A stretch of DNA of 32,000 nucleotides from the NCBI GenBank assembly GCA_025340205.1, contig CP006868.1, positions 1,590,001-1,622,000 of the forward strand, given 5' to 3'. Both the position numbers and the translations under genes were made by a program. Below the pieces are notes generated by a model. That model was given only the letters and a program-made list of their open reading frames with translations, was not told the DNA's origin and made no database searches. Shown one piece after another: positions 1-8,583 of the stretch. This stretch comes from Ignicoccus pacificus DSM 13166 (lineage in GTDB: Archaea; Thermoproteota; Thermoprotei_A; Sulfolobales; Ignicoccaceae). Positions within the stretch are counted from its first letter, which is position 1. Each line of letters opens with the position of its first letter.

Positions 1-455
1 AGGGCTGGGTAGAACATAGAGACGAGATGAGAAAGCTTAACCTTAGCCAGCAGAAGGAGCTCCAAGCGTTAGCAGCTAAAGCCATAGTCGAGGACGCCAA
101 GAAGGAGCTAGGTGACGATGGAGTCCTTATCATTGATACTCACGCTGCGATAAACACTCCGACGGGCGTGTGGCCCGGGCTCCCTAAGCACGTTATAGAG
201 AACCTAAATCCTGCAATAATCTTCGTAATAGAGGCCTCTCCTGAGGAGATAATAGCCAGACAGCAGAAGGACATCGGAAGGGTTAGGAGCGATTACTCCG
301 ATCCGGAGTTCCTAAGGCGCTTCATGGAATTTGCCAGAAACAGCGCCATAGCCTCCGCCGTCCTCGTGGGAGCTGCCGTTAACGTGATCTTAAATAAGGA
401 GGGAGCTGTTGAGGAGGCCGCTAACAAGTTCGTAAGTGCCATAGAGAAGATCTAA
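1..455 (+). CDS. adkA: Archaeal-type adenylate kinase, 5' end outside the window
   Basis: The frame is open from the window edge (frame 3: GWVEHRDEMRKL...). IIDTHA, PGLP, SDYSD and ASAVLVGA strings match the C-terminal two-thirds of archaeal AdkA. Stop TAA at 453-455. Confidence 0.9.
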   Translation, partial: GWVEHRDEMRKLNLSQQKELQALAAKAIVEDAKKELGDDGVLIIDTHAAINTPTGVWPGLPKHVIENLNPAIIFVIEASPEEIIARQQKDIGRVRSDYSDPEFLRRFMEFARNSAIASAVLVGAAVNVILNKEGAVEEAANKFVSAIEKI

Positions 456-489
456 AACCAACCCGCGCTGAGGCCACGGGGATGCGACT

Positions 490-759
490 ATGGTAAGGCC
501 AGCGTACAGATCCAGAAGCAGGAGGAGGGTCTACAAGAGGACCCCTGGAGGAAAGACTGTAGTACACTATGAGAAGAGGAAGCCCTCCCAGCCCGTATGT
601 GCCATATGCGGAAGGCCGTTAGGAGGGGTTCCCAGAGGGAGGCCCGTCGAGTTAAGAAAAATGGCCAAGACCGAGAAGAGACCCGAAAGGCCTTATGGAG
701 GATACATCTGCGCTAGTTGCCTTAGAACTCTATACAAGTACGCTGTCTCCAAACTCTGA
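490..759 (+). CDS. rpl34e: 50S ribosomal protein L34e
   Basis: [21 protein letters not shown]...[12 protein letters not shown] is the typical basic eL34 N-terminus with Cys motif. It lies 34 nt after adk, the conserved archaeal neighbourhood. Confidence 0.93.
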   Translation: MVRPAYRSRSRRRVYKRTPGGKTVVHYEKRKPSQPVCAICGRPLGGVPRGRPVELRKMAKTEKRPERPYGGYICASCLRTLYKYAVSKL

Positions 760-769
760 TTTTTATTTT
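760..769 (+). terminator. Oligo-T tract (tttttatttt) directly after the L34e stop
   Basis: Archaeal intrinsic termination uses T-runs. This run starts 1 nt after TGA (757-759). Confidence 0.4.
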
Positions 770-952
770 CGGCGTCAATAGCTTCCATTCCAATCTCCTA
801 GCGTCTCCTCTAACACCTTCCCCAATATATCCTCCCAGCCAAGATATATCCTAACTTATACTCACTTAACTGACTCGAAATTTTAACATTGTATACCCTA
901 CGTTTAAAGTTGACTAAACGAGGTTAAATATCAACAACGGTACTTAGCAAAA

Positions 953-963
953 ACTATTTATCT
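953..963 (+). promoter_or_regulatory. TATA-like box (actatttatct) upstream of the V4R gene
   Basis: AT-rich box centred near 958. In-frame GTG at 984 is about 26 nt and ATG at 993 about 35 nt downstream. This fits a leaderless or short-leader archaeal promoter better than the track's first ATG at 972. Confidence 0.35.
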
Positions 964-971
964 AAGCCTCG

Positions 972-1478
972 ATGTGTGATTCGGTGAGACGTATGGAGTC
1001 TTACAACATCTCCGTTAAGGAAAACGGGAAGCTGGTAATAGAAGGGTTGAAGAGCGACTTCCTACTAATACCAGCCACTACGATAGAGAAGATTGGTGAG
1101 AGTCTCTACAAGATCGTTGGTCCCGCCGCCAACGTCCATCTTAGAGAAATAGGAAGGGGTATAGGAAAGGCCTTGATAGAGATTGTAAAGCATGAGAGAA
1201 CCGGTGAGGATTACCAAGCTGACGTGGACGCTATAGCACATTACTTGGAGAAGGCCGGATTTGGGAGAATTAAGGTAACTAAACATGACGATCATTTCGA
1301 CATATTAATAGAGAATCCGCCGTCCTTGAGATACAAGGCCGAGGGCGTACAGAAGTGCGCCTTTGAAGCGGGACTGATAAGGGGCGTCATGGAAGAATTA
1401 ACCTCTAAGAGATGGAGAGCTGAGGTGGATAACAGCGTAAACGACCACTGCTGTCTAATCCACTTGAGGCAAGCATGA
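972..1478 (+). CDS. V4R-domain protein (4-vinyl-reductase / hydrocarbon-binding-like small-molecule-binding domain)
   Basis: C-terminal QKCAFEAGLIRGVMEELTSKRW...NDHCCLIHL resembles the V4R signature (C-x-F-x-x-G...G... conserved Cys pair). The true start is more likely GTG 984 or ATG 993 (MESYNISV...). Confidence 0.6.
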   Translation: MCDSVRRMESYNISVKENGKLVIEGLKSDFLLIPATTIEKIGESLYKIVGPAANVHLREIGRGIGKALIEIVKHERTGEDYQADVDAIAHYLEKAGFGRIKVTKHDDHFDILIENPPSLRYKAEGVQKCAFEAGLIRGVMEELTSKRWRAEVDNSVNDHCCLIHLRQA

Positions 1479-1520
1479 GCTTTATTTAACGGAGCCTGGA
1501 GGGCGCTAAGGGATTAAATA

Positions 1521-1808
1521 ATGAGCGAGGAGACCGGAATAAGATTAGTAGTGAAGATTGGAGAGGGAGAAAACGCTAAGGAGGTAGAACTAACCGAGGA
1601 GGTCCTCAGAGTAGTGAGGAAGTACCTTCATACTGAGTACAGCTTGGAGAAGCTGGCCGAGGACTTGGGACTAGACGGATGGGAGGAGGCCTATGAGTTC
1701 GTGAAGAAGATGCCGGCGTGGCTAGTCTGGACCCCGCCTACTCTACTAAGGTATAAGATGAGGATGTTAGAGGAGAAGATCAAGTCTGGTCAGTTAGTAA
1801 TAGAGTAA
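1521..1808 (+). CDS. Small hypothetical protein (95 aa) with a possible HTH segment (YSLEKLAEDLGLD)
   Basis: Clean ORF 42 nt after the V4R gene on the same strand, followed by T-runs. No family recognised. Confidence 0.5.
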   Translation: MSEETGIRLVVKIGEGENAKEVELTEEVLRVVRKYLHTEYSLEKLAEDLGLDGWEEAYEFVKKMPAWLVWTPPTLLRYKMRMLEEKIKSGQLVIE

Positions 1809-1819
1809 TACGGCTCTTG

Positions 1820-1837
1820 ATTTTTCTTAATGTTTTT
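1820..1837 (+). terminator. Two T-runs (atttttc / gtttttg) after the 95-aa ORF
   Basis: T5-T6 runs lie within 30 nt of the TAA at 1806-1808, in a 151-nt AT-rich convergent spacer. Confidence 0.4.
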
Positions 1838-1933
1838 GATTTACACACGATACTACTCTAACGTTTCCTTTCATAAGATAATAACCAAACGTGATTACTT
1901 ATGCTTCTAAATTGATGAGCATCCAAGGATGAA

Positions 1934-1955
1934 TACAAAAACACGCGTTAAAACC
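1934..1955 (-). terminator. T-runs on the minus strand (gttttaacgcgtgtttttg) after the rtcB stop
   Basis: The reverse complement of 1934-1955 carries T4 and T5 runs immediately 3' of the rtcB TGA (1960-1962). Confidence 0.35.
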
Positions 1956-1959
1956 AGCT

Positions 1960-3414
1960 TCAACCCTTCACCACACCTATGGGTCTCATCTTAGCGACGA
2001 GTTTGCTTATGCCAACAGCATGAACGACCTTTACTACCTTGTCCACATCCTTGTAGGCTCCCGGAGCCTCTTCGGCTATGACTCTGGCTTGAGCTGCCTT
2101 GATTACCACTCCCTTCTGAGCTAGCTCTTGGACCACTTGGCTTGGCCTATAGGTCCTTATCGCTGCCGCTCTGCTGAGCCATCTACCGGCACCGTGGCAA
2201 GTAGAGTACCAGGTCCTCGCTCCGGTGGGTTGTCCTACCAAGATGTAGCTAGCTGTACCCATGGATCCGGGTATTAGCACCGGCTGCCCTATGCTCTGGT
2301 AGTCCTTGGGTATCTCAGGGTGTCCTGGTGGGAAGGCTCTGGTGGCTCCCTTTCTATGAACTATCAACTTCATCCTCTTACCATCGACGTCATGCTCCTC
2401 GAACTTAGCGATGTTGTGGGCTACGTCATAGATTATGTGCATATCCAAGTTCTCCGGATCGGTCTTGAATACGTTCTTGAAGCTCTCCCTAACCCAATGA
2501 GTAATTAGTTGTCTGTTGGTCCACGCGTAGTTGGCAGCAGCACTCATGGCCTTGAAGTAATCTTGTGCCTCCGGGGTGTTCCAAGGAACTGAGGCGAGTT
2601 CCCTATCGGGAACCCTTATTCCATACTTCTTCATTGCCCTCTCCATCCTTATCAAATAGTCACTAGCCACTTGATGACCCAGTCCTCTGGAACCAGTATG
2701 AACCATTACTAACACCTGACCCTCGTGAGTTATACCCATTACCTTGGCGGCATGCGGATCATAGATCTTCTCAACGACTTGTATCTCGAGGAAGTGGTTA
2801 CCACTTCCAAGGGTGCCTAGCTGGGGAGCTCCTCTCATCTTAGCTCTTTGACTTACCTTACTGGCATCGGCGGTAACCATCCTTCCATGCTCCTCAATGT
2901 GTTCGGGGTCCTCGCTCCAGCCGTAACCTCTCTCAACCGCCCAGTACACTCCTTCCTCCAACACCTTATCCAACTCGCTTATGCTCAGCCTCACCTTACC
3001 CCTACTACCCAATCCAGATGGCACGTTCCTGAAAAGCTCGTACACTAGATCCTTCAGCTTCGGTCTAACATCTTCCTCATTCAAGTTGGTCCTCAAGACC
3101 CTGACGCCGCAGTTTATATCGTATCCCACTCCTCCAGGAGAGATAACGCCGTTCTCATCAACAGCAGTGGCAGCTACTCCTCCTATGGGGAAGCCGTACC
3201 CTTGATGACCATCGGGCATTACGTAGGAGGCTCTCTTTATTCCGGGGAGACAAGCGACGTTGGCTGCTTGATCCAACGTCCTATCACTCTTCATCTTCTC
3301 CAACAAGTACTCGTCGGCGAATATTATTGCGGGAACTCTCATACAAGGCTTTACTCCCTTCTCTATCATCCACTCGTATTCTCCAATTCTCTTTAAGGGT
3401 ATGTTCGCTGGCAT
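1960..3414 (-). CDS. rtcB: RNA-splicing ligase RtcB (3'-phosphate/5'-hydroxyl RNA ligase)
   Basis: Hallmark strings GYDINCGVR, GSGNHFLEIQ, HTGSRGLGHQ and CHGAGR. 484 aa, typical length, no intein. Confidence 0.95.
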   Translation of the reverse strand: MPANIPLKRIGEYEWMIEKGVKPCMRVPAIIFADEYLLEKMKSDRTLDQAANVACLPGIKRASYVMPDGHQGYGFPIGGVAATAVDENGVISPGGVGYDINCGVRVLRTNLNEEDVRPKLKDLVYELFRNVPSGLGSRGKVRLSISELDKVLEEGVYWAVERGYGWSEDPEHIEEHGRMVTADASKVSQRAKMRGAPQLGTLGSGNHFLEIQVVEKIYDPHAAKVMGITHEGQVLVMVHTGSRGLGHQVASDYLIRMERAMKKYGIRVPDRELASVPWNTPEAQDYFKAMSAAANYAWTNRQLITHWVRESFKNVFKTDPENLDMHIIYDVAHNIAKFEEHDVDGKRMKLIVHRKGATRAFPPGHPEIPKDYQSIGQPVLIPGSMGTASYILVGQPTGARTWYSTCHGAGRWLSRAAAIRTYRPSQVVQELAQKGVVIKAAQARVIAEEAPGAYKDVDKVVKVVHAVGISKLVAKMRPIGVVKG

Positions 3415-3562
3415 GTTAACATCCGATAGGGCCTTGCGTGAGAGTAGTTATCAGCTAGAGGGTTTTGAGCTGGTATCCGCTCAATTGACTTTTAGTTGAG
3501 AACGTGACGGATGCTAAAGCGTTAATCTAGCTTCCACAACGAGGATACCGGGTCAGCAAACG

Positions 3563-4753
3563 TTGTTGAGGAAGTTGACCCCTGTATCAGAGGTTATCGA
3601 AAGATTCGTCTCTAAGGTCTCCCTCCCAAACGTCGAGGAAATTGAGGTAAGAAATGGTACCGGTCTTTACGTCGCGGAGGAAGTTAGGGCGAGAGAGGAT
3701 AACCCTCCCGTGCCTAAATCTGTTCTAGACGGCTACGCTGTTAATTCCGAGGACTTAATTGGCGCTTCAGAGATATCACCCGTGACCTTAGAGATCGATA
3801 AGAAGTGGGAACCAGGAAAGGCTGTCTACGTACACACCGGAGATCCTATCCCGGAGGGGGCCGACACGGTCGTTCCAATAGAAACGGTTAGGGTAGAAGG
3901 GGATATACTCTATGTATTCAAACAATATCCTCCGGGTAACGCCATAGCAAAGGTTGGTGAAGACCTCAAGGCCGGTGAAACCATTGTTGAGAAGGGCACT
4001 CTACTTCGACCTTGGCACGTAGCCGCGCTCGCCTCTCAGGGGATATGGAAAGTCAAGGTGTTCAAGCCCAAGATTGCCTTAGCCTCTACAGGTGATGAGA
4101 TAGTTGAGCCTTGGGAGGAGGGGGGAGTAAGGAATAGCACAGCTTGGCTCGTCTACTCCTTCTTAAAGGAAAGGCTTGGTGTGGAACCAGATTATTTTGG
4201 TATAATAAAAGATAATCCAGACAAGATAAGGGAGTTCTTCGAGGAAAGAAGCAAGGAATACGATGTCGTTATCACAACCGGCGGTACGAGCGTCGGCAAA
4301 AGGGATCATTCGGCTAGAGTGGTTAAGGACCTAGCTGAGGAGTGGGTTCATGGCGTGGCGCTAACCCCCGGGAGGCCTCTCTGTATAGGAACAAAGGACG
4401 GGAAACTTCTCGTGGCGCTCTCCGGCTATCCAGTTGCAGCCCTCTCGGAGCTGGAGGTCGTGGTCTGGGAACTCTTGAAGAGAGCTTGGGGATTGAAGGA
4501 GCCACCGAAGCCCAAGGTAAGGGCAAAGTTAACGAGGCGCTTACCGGTTACCCCGAACATGGTTCACGTATACAGAGTCAAGGTGTTTAGATGTGGCGGA
4601 GAGCTGTGCGTGGAACCGCTGAGGCTGACGGGTTCTGGGGTGTTATCCTCGTTGCTTAGAGGCAACGGTCTTCTCATTGCCGGAGTTGGAGGAGAGACGG
4701 GGTACGACGTAGGAGACTACGTGGAGGTGGAGCTCTTGTCAGATATCACATGA
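3563..4753 (+). CDS. moeA: Molybdopterin molybdenumtransferase MoeA
   Basis: STGDEIV, TTGGTSVGKRDH, LTPGRPLCIG and LSGYPVAAL match MoeA/gephyrin-E motifs. TTG start. Confidence 0.88.
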   Translation: MLRKLTPVSEVIERFVSKVSLPNVEEIEVRNGTGLYVAEEVRAREDNPPVPKSVLDGYAVNSEDLIGASEISPVTLEIDKKWEPGKAVYVHTGDPIPEGADTVVPIETVRVEGDILYVFKQYPPGNAIAKVGEDLKAGETIVEKGTLLRPWHVAALASQGIWKVKVFKPKIALASTGDEIVEPWEEGGVRNSTAWLVYSFLKERLGVEPDYFGIIKDNPDKIREFFEERSKEYDVVITTGGTSVGKRDHSARVVKDLAEEWVHGVALTPGRPLCIGTKDGKLLVALSGYPVAALSELEVVVWELLKRAWGLKEPPKPKVRAKLTRRLPVTPNMVHVYRVKVFRCGGELCVEPLRLTGSGVLSSLLRGNGLLIAGVGGETGYDVGDYVEVELLSDIT

Positions 4754-5410
4754 TGTATCTCTTCCAATAGTCCTCCTGAGTTTCTTCCAAGTCTATGCAT
4801 ATAATTCTTCTCCTCTTCTGCTTTGGCTTCCACTTCCTCTTCGGCTTAACATCAGGATACAAGTAAACTCTGTTTCCCTCTATTAGGTAACGAACGACTC
4901 TTATCCTATCCTTAACCCAGGGGAACTGGTCCCTCCATTCCCTGAACGCGTCGTTGCTCACTACTATTCCATGCTCAGCTTCAGCCATGGATAAGATGAA
5001 GTAATCGGCTGGTGTACTTGGGGGTACTTGTATTATCTTTCCCGCCTGAACTAATTTCTCGTACTTGTTTGGCTCGTCTATCTTGTGCCTAAGCGAGGCG
5101 TCGGCAACTGCATAGACCTTAAAGCCTTTATCTTCAAGCACCTTGATCATCATGAGTATGTTTGATAAACTTCCCTTTCCCTTCCTAGCAGATCCATAGA
5201 GGGCCACGTTCGAAGCATCCACTATCGCTACGTTGTAAGGGACCCTAACCTTGCTGTACCTAGGGGCCCTTCTCTTTTCTATTATCGTCTTCAGCTTAGG
5301 GTAGAGCGCCACGTAGCCTAACGTCGTCGCTGAGGCTATTAGCGCTGAAAGTATTATTACTTCCAGCAGCTTTTGATCCCGAAGGCTCCAGAGGTCTTCC
5401 AAATGAAAAG
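4746..5410 (-). CDS. Zc3h12a/Regnase-like NYN-domain ribonuclease with N-terminal transmembrane helix and basic C-terminal tail
   Basis: IVDASNVA, PADYFILSMAEAEHGIVVSNDAFREW and RVVRYLIEGNRVYLYP parallel the MCPIP1 NYN core (VIDGSNVA / [25 protein letters not shown]). The hydrophobic helix is LLEVIILSALIASATTLGYVALY. The ORF is open to 5552, but that part overlaps the hisG start, so TTG at 5410 (LEDLWSL...) is the likely start. Confidence 0.6.
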
Positions 5411-5472
5411 TTATGGGTATCAAGGGATCAAGATTAATGTCTAAGACCAGTGGGAGAATTGGGTAACTCGTC

Positions 5473-6324
5473 TTGAGAATAGCTGTTCCTAGTAAGGGAA
5501 GATTGAAAGAGAGAACCTTAGAGCTCTTGGAAGCAGCGGGATTTGCTCCCACTTATGCAGACCCTAGAGCGTTAATCGTGCCAACCAAGTATAGCGGAGT
5601 AGAACTCGTCTTCATAAGACCCGAAGACATACCTTGGATAGTAGAGAGCGGCGCAGCCGAGCTAGGCATAACAGGTCATGATTATGTCATGGAAGCTGGT
5701 GTAGACGTAGAGGAGCTCCTAGACTTAGGTTATGGTCACTCGAGGCTCGTGTTAGCGGTACCTTCGTCCTCCGGAATTTCGCGCCCTGAGGATCTACCGG
5801 AAGGCGCCAGGATAGCGACCAAGTTTGTTAACCTTGCTAACGATTATCTTAAGAGGAAAGGTATAAAGGCCAAGATAGTTAAGATAAGCGGATCTGCAGA
5901 GATAATGCCCGGTATTGGGGCAGCCGATGCTATAATAGACATCTCCTCCACGGGTACCACGCTAAGGCTTCACGGCCTAGTGCCTATAGACGAGCTCTTG
6001 AAGAGTAGTGCCCGTCTAATAGCTAACAAGGAGGCGTTGAATAATCCGATAGTAAACACAGTTACAACAATGATAAAGGGAGTTATACTTGCTAAGAACA
6101 AGAAATTGTTGCTAATGAATGTACCTGACGAGAGCTTGGAGAATGTTATAAAGGAACTTCCCGCCATGTCCGGACCTACTGTTAGTAAGGTAGAAGGAGA
6201 GAAGCCCATGTGGGAGGTTATCGTAGCCGTTGACGAAGATATAATAAATGATATAATAATGAAGGTGAAAAGTGCCGGAGCCAAGGATATCTTGGTGGTC
6301 AACATAGAGCGGTTGGTCCCCTAA
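5473..6324 (+). CDS. hisG: ATP phosphoribosyltransferase, long form with C-terminal regulatory domain
   Basis: MRIAVPSKGRL, ITGHDY and DISSTGTTLR, plus a HisG_C-like tail (LLLMNVP...WEVIVAVDED...). TTG start. No other his genes are adjacent. Confidence 0.9.
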   Translation: MRIAVPSKGRLKERTLELLEAAGFAPTYADPRALIVPTKYSGVELVFIRPEDIPWIVESGAAELGITGHDYVMEAGVDVEELLDLGYGHSRLVLAVPSSSGISRPEDLPEGARIATKFVNLANDYLKRKGIKAKIVKISGSAEIMPGIGAADAIIDISSTGTTLRLHGLVPIDELLKSSARLIANKEALNNPIVNTVTTMIKGVILAKNKKLLLMNVPDESLENVIKELPAMSGPTVSKVEGEKPMWEVIVAVDEDIINDIIMKVKSAGAKDILVVNIERLVP

Positions 6325-7160
6325 TAAGGCTCTGGGGTCAACCTTTCCCGAAGAATTTTGTTCAATATGCTTATGATAGTTCCAAATAAAGCAATAGTAC
6401 TCATTATCATCAAAGTCTCAAATTCCTTAACCTCCACGAGTTTATATAAGCAGATCTCGTTAGGGGATCTAATCATTAACTTAGAATCCGAGAAATCGAT
6501 GGAATAGGCCTCGCATTTTAGAGTCCCTTTACCCAGCAATTTCAACTTCGTCGAAAGTACTACGTATTGGTTACCGTAAACGTCAATAACCTTGTCATCT
6601 AACAAACTTAACCATTGGCACCTTATGTTAATTGAGGGTCCTCCAAGCATCTCTACCTTATTGCCTTCACAAACGTAGACCTTATCGGAAAGAAGCATGC
6701 TCACTAAACTCCCTTTCAAGGGATACTTGAAGAGTGCTCCCTCTTTCCATACCTCGACCTCTTTTAGAAACCCTATGGCAAAGGAGTTCCTATATGTACT
6801 CACATCTATTGCGTTACTGAAGGTATACATCAAGTTATTGTAGAGGTCGAATATGTAGACAGCACCCGGCGCTACCACGCCTAAGAAGCGTCCGGAATAG
6901 GAGCACTTGCTGGCAACTCCGTACACCTTTACGTCAATCGGTTCTAATTTACCAAGCACTATTTTATAGAAGTACGTATGTTCTCCATCACTTACTCCTA
7001 CAACGTTCTTGCACAAGCAACACACGCTCATGGGCAGTGGAACGCTCACTCCACCATATACCAAGTTCGTCCCATATCCATAAATAAGGACGTTGCCGAA
7101 GAGCGACGCGCAGCAGCTTTGTACTAGGAGAGTCTTGAGCAGTATAAGTTGGTATACCAC
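6321..7160 (-). CDS. Hypothetical exported/membrane-anchored protein (279 aa), orphan
   Basis: Long open frame in a visibly AT-rich stretch (for example 17 G+C in 6361-6420). It has a hydrophobic Cys-rich N-terminus and a C-terminal TM helix LMIMSTIALFGTIISIL. Beta-rich repeats (GAVYIFDLYNNLMYTF) hint at a propeller-like fold. Confidence 0.5.
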   Translation of the reverse strand: MVYQLILLKTLLVQSCCASLFGNVLIYGYGTNLVYGGVSVPLPMSVCCLCKNVVGVSDGEHTYFYKIVLGKLEPIDVKVYGVASKCSYSGRFLGVVAPGAVYIFDLYNNLMYTFSNAIDVSTYRNSFAIGFLKEVEVWKEGALFKYPLKGSLVSMLLSDKVYVCEGNKVEMLGGPSINIRCQWLSLLDDKVIDVYGNQYVVLSTKLKLLGKGTLKCEAYSIDFSDSKLMIRSPNEICLYKLVEVKEFETLMIMSTIALFGTIISILNKILRERLTPEPY

Positions 7161-7189
7161 CCAACGGACCCCATCCTTGGGGGATCGGA

Positions 7190-7717
7190 ATGCCTACAAT
7201 AGTCATTAGCGGGCCGCCGGGAAGCGGGAAGAGCACTGTCGCGAAGATGTTATCAGAGCTCTTGAACTTACCCGTTATCTCTGCTGGGAGCATCTTCAGG
7301 AGCATTGCCAGAGAGATGGGGATGGATTTAGTTAAATTTAACGAATACGCTAAGGAAAATCCAAGGATAGACATAGAGATAGACTTGAGAACTTTAAAAG
7401 CCTCAATTGAAGGGAATGTTATAATCGAAGGTCATTTGACCGCGTGGGTGGCACCTAAGGCTGACTTGAAGGTCTACTTAACAGCACCCATACGTGTCAG
7501 GGCCAAGAGAATCGCTAAGAGAGATGGAATAGATGAGGAGGAGGCCATGTTCAGCATTCTGGAAAGGGAGAAGGCTCATTGGGAGCGCTTCAAAGCTCTC
7601 TATGGAATAGACATCACCGACCTCTCCCCTTTTGACCTAGTCGTAGATACTTCCAAGTTTAGACCCGAAGAAATATCGAATATGATAATAAGTTATATAA
7701 AGAGAAGTTACTCTTGA
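7190..7717 (+). CDS. cmk: Cytidylate kinase, archaeal type
   Basis: MPTIVISGPPGSGKSTVAKMLS P-loop. The overall pattern matches archaeal Cmk (about 175 aa). A purine-rich ggggga lies 10-15 nt upstream of the ATG. Confidence 0.9.
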   Translation: MPTIVISGPPGSGKSTVAKMLSELLNLPVISAGSIFRSIAREMGMDLVKFNEYAKENPRIDIEIDLRTLKASIEGNVIIEGHLTAWVAPKADLKVYLTAPIRVRAKRIAKRDGIDEEEAMFSILEREKAHWERFKALYGIDITDLSPFDLVVDTSKFRPEEISNMIISYIKRSYS

Positions 7718-8550
7718 TCTCCTTCGATCTTCTTGATTACTTTTTCTGCAATATCAAGGAACGATTTAGCAGCGGGAGACTCCGGGTACTCGATGAAGAA
7801 CGGGAGACCCTTGTCATTACATTCAGATATTCTGGGATCTAGAGGTATAGAACCCAAGAAGTCAACCCCCGCCTCTTGGGCTATCTTCTTTCCGCCGCCA
7901 GAACCGAATATCGGGTAGGTCTTCCCGTCACATGGACATGTGAAGCCCGACATGTTCTCTACTATACCTAGTATTGGTATGTTTAACCTCTTAGCGAAGT
8001 TTATCGACTTCATTACTACCTTCTGGGAAACTTCGGAAGGTATGGTAACTATTATCGCTCCGGTGATGTTGGGTATCATCTGAGCGACGGTCAAAGGAGC
8101 GTCACCGGTTCCGGGAGGGAGGTCTATTAGCAAGTAGTCTAGCTCTCCCCAATTCACGTTCTCCAAGAGCTCGAGCATGGCGTTAGAGAGCATGGGTCCC
8201 CTCCAAATGACTGGAGTGGTATCGTCGGGCAGCATGAAGTCCACGCTAACTATCTTGACTCCTAGAGGTCCGACCACGGGCATTAAACCTTGATCGGTCG
8301 CGAATACCCTCTGACCCTCGGTCCCCATCATCTTAGGGATGCTGGGTCCGTAGAAGTCCGCGTCAAGGACCGCAACCTTCTTACCCTTAAATGCCAACGC
8401 GAAGGCCAAATTCGCAGTTACGAAGGACTTACCTACTCCTCCTTTACCGCTCATTATCGCTACCTTATACTTCACGCCCTTGAGCCTGTTCTCGATGGAC
8501 TTTTGTATTTCTTGAATGGGCCTGAAGGGGAGCTTCTTCTGTGCAGCCAT
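7708..8550 (-). CDS. mrp: Mrp/NBP35/ApbC-family Fe-S cluster carrier ATPase
   Basis: Deviant Walker A SGKGGVGKS, DLPPGTGD, and a C-terminal Cys motif GFTCPCDGKTYPIFG. Confidence 0.9.
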   Translation of the reverse strand: MAAQKKLPFRPIQEIQKSIENRLKGVKYKVAIMSGKGGVGKSFVTANLAFALAFKGKKVAVLDADFYGPSIPKMMGTEGQRVFATDQGLMPVVGPLGVKIVSVDFMLPDDTTPVIWRGPMLSNAMLELLENVNWGELDYLLIDLPPGTGDAPLTVAQMIPNITGAIIVTIPSEVSQKVVMKSINFAKRLNIPILGIVENMSGFTCPCDGKTYPIFGSGGGKKIAQEAGVDFLGSIPLDPRISECNDKGLPFFIEYPESPAAKSFLDIAEKVIKKIEGDQE

Positions 8551-8583
8551 TCCTTAAACCCTATTCCCGTCCGTCTGAAGGGG

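Noticed and set aside
693-788. A 31-codon minus-strand ORF ([31 protein letters not shown]) preceded by aggag and by the two ATATATCCT boxes.
   Set aside because: It runs antisense through the 3' end of rpl34e, is very short, and has no recognisable features. It is kept only as a possible explanation for the boxes, not as a gene.
1912-1918. C-box-like TTGATGA in the AT-rich convergent spacer, raising the possibility of a C/D-box sRNA.
   Set aside because: No D' or D box (CTGA) occurs at the required 12-nt guide spacing on either strand, and there is no terminal stem.
3415-3562. The 148-nt rtcB/moeA divergent spacer, examined for a tRNA or structured RNA. Features seen: catccg at 3420-3425 pairing with cggatg at 3508-3513, and small stems at 3467-3482 and 3480-3500.
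   Set aside because: The stems are only 4-6 bp and do not extend. There is no T-arm (GTTCRAATC) or other RNA-family signature. It is most simply two back-to-back promoters.
4323-4590. A GC-rich patch with ORFs on both strands, checked as a possible structured RNA gene.
   Set aside because: The plus-frame translation (GVALTPGRPLCIGT...LSGYPVAALSELEV) is the conserved MoeA core, so the composition is explained by coding constraints.
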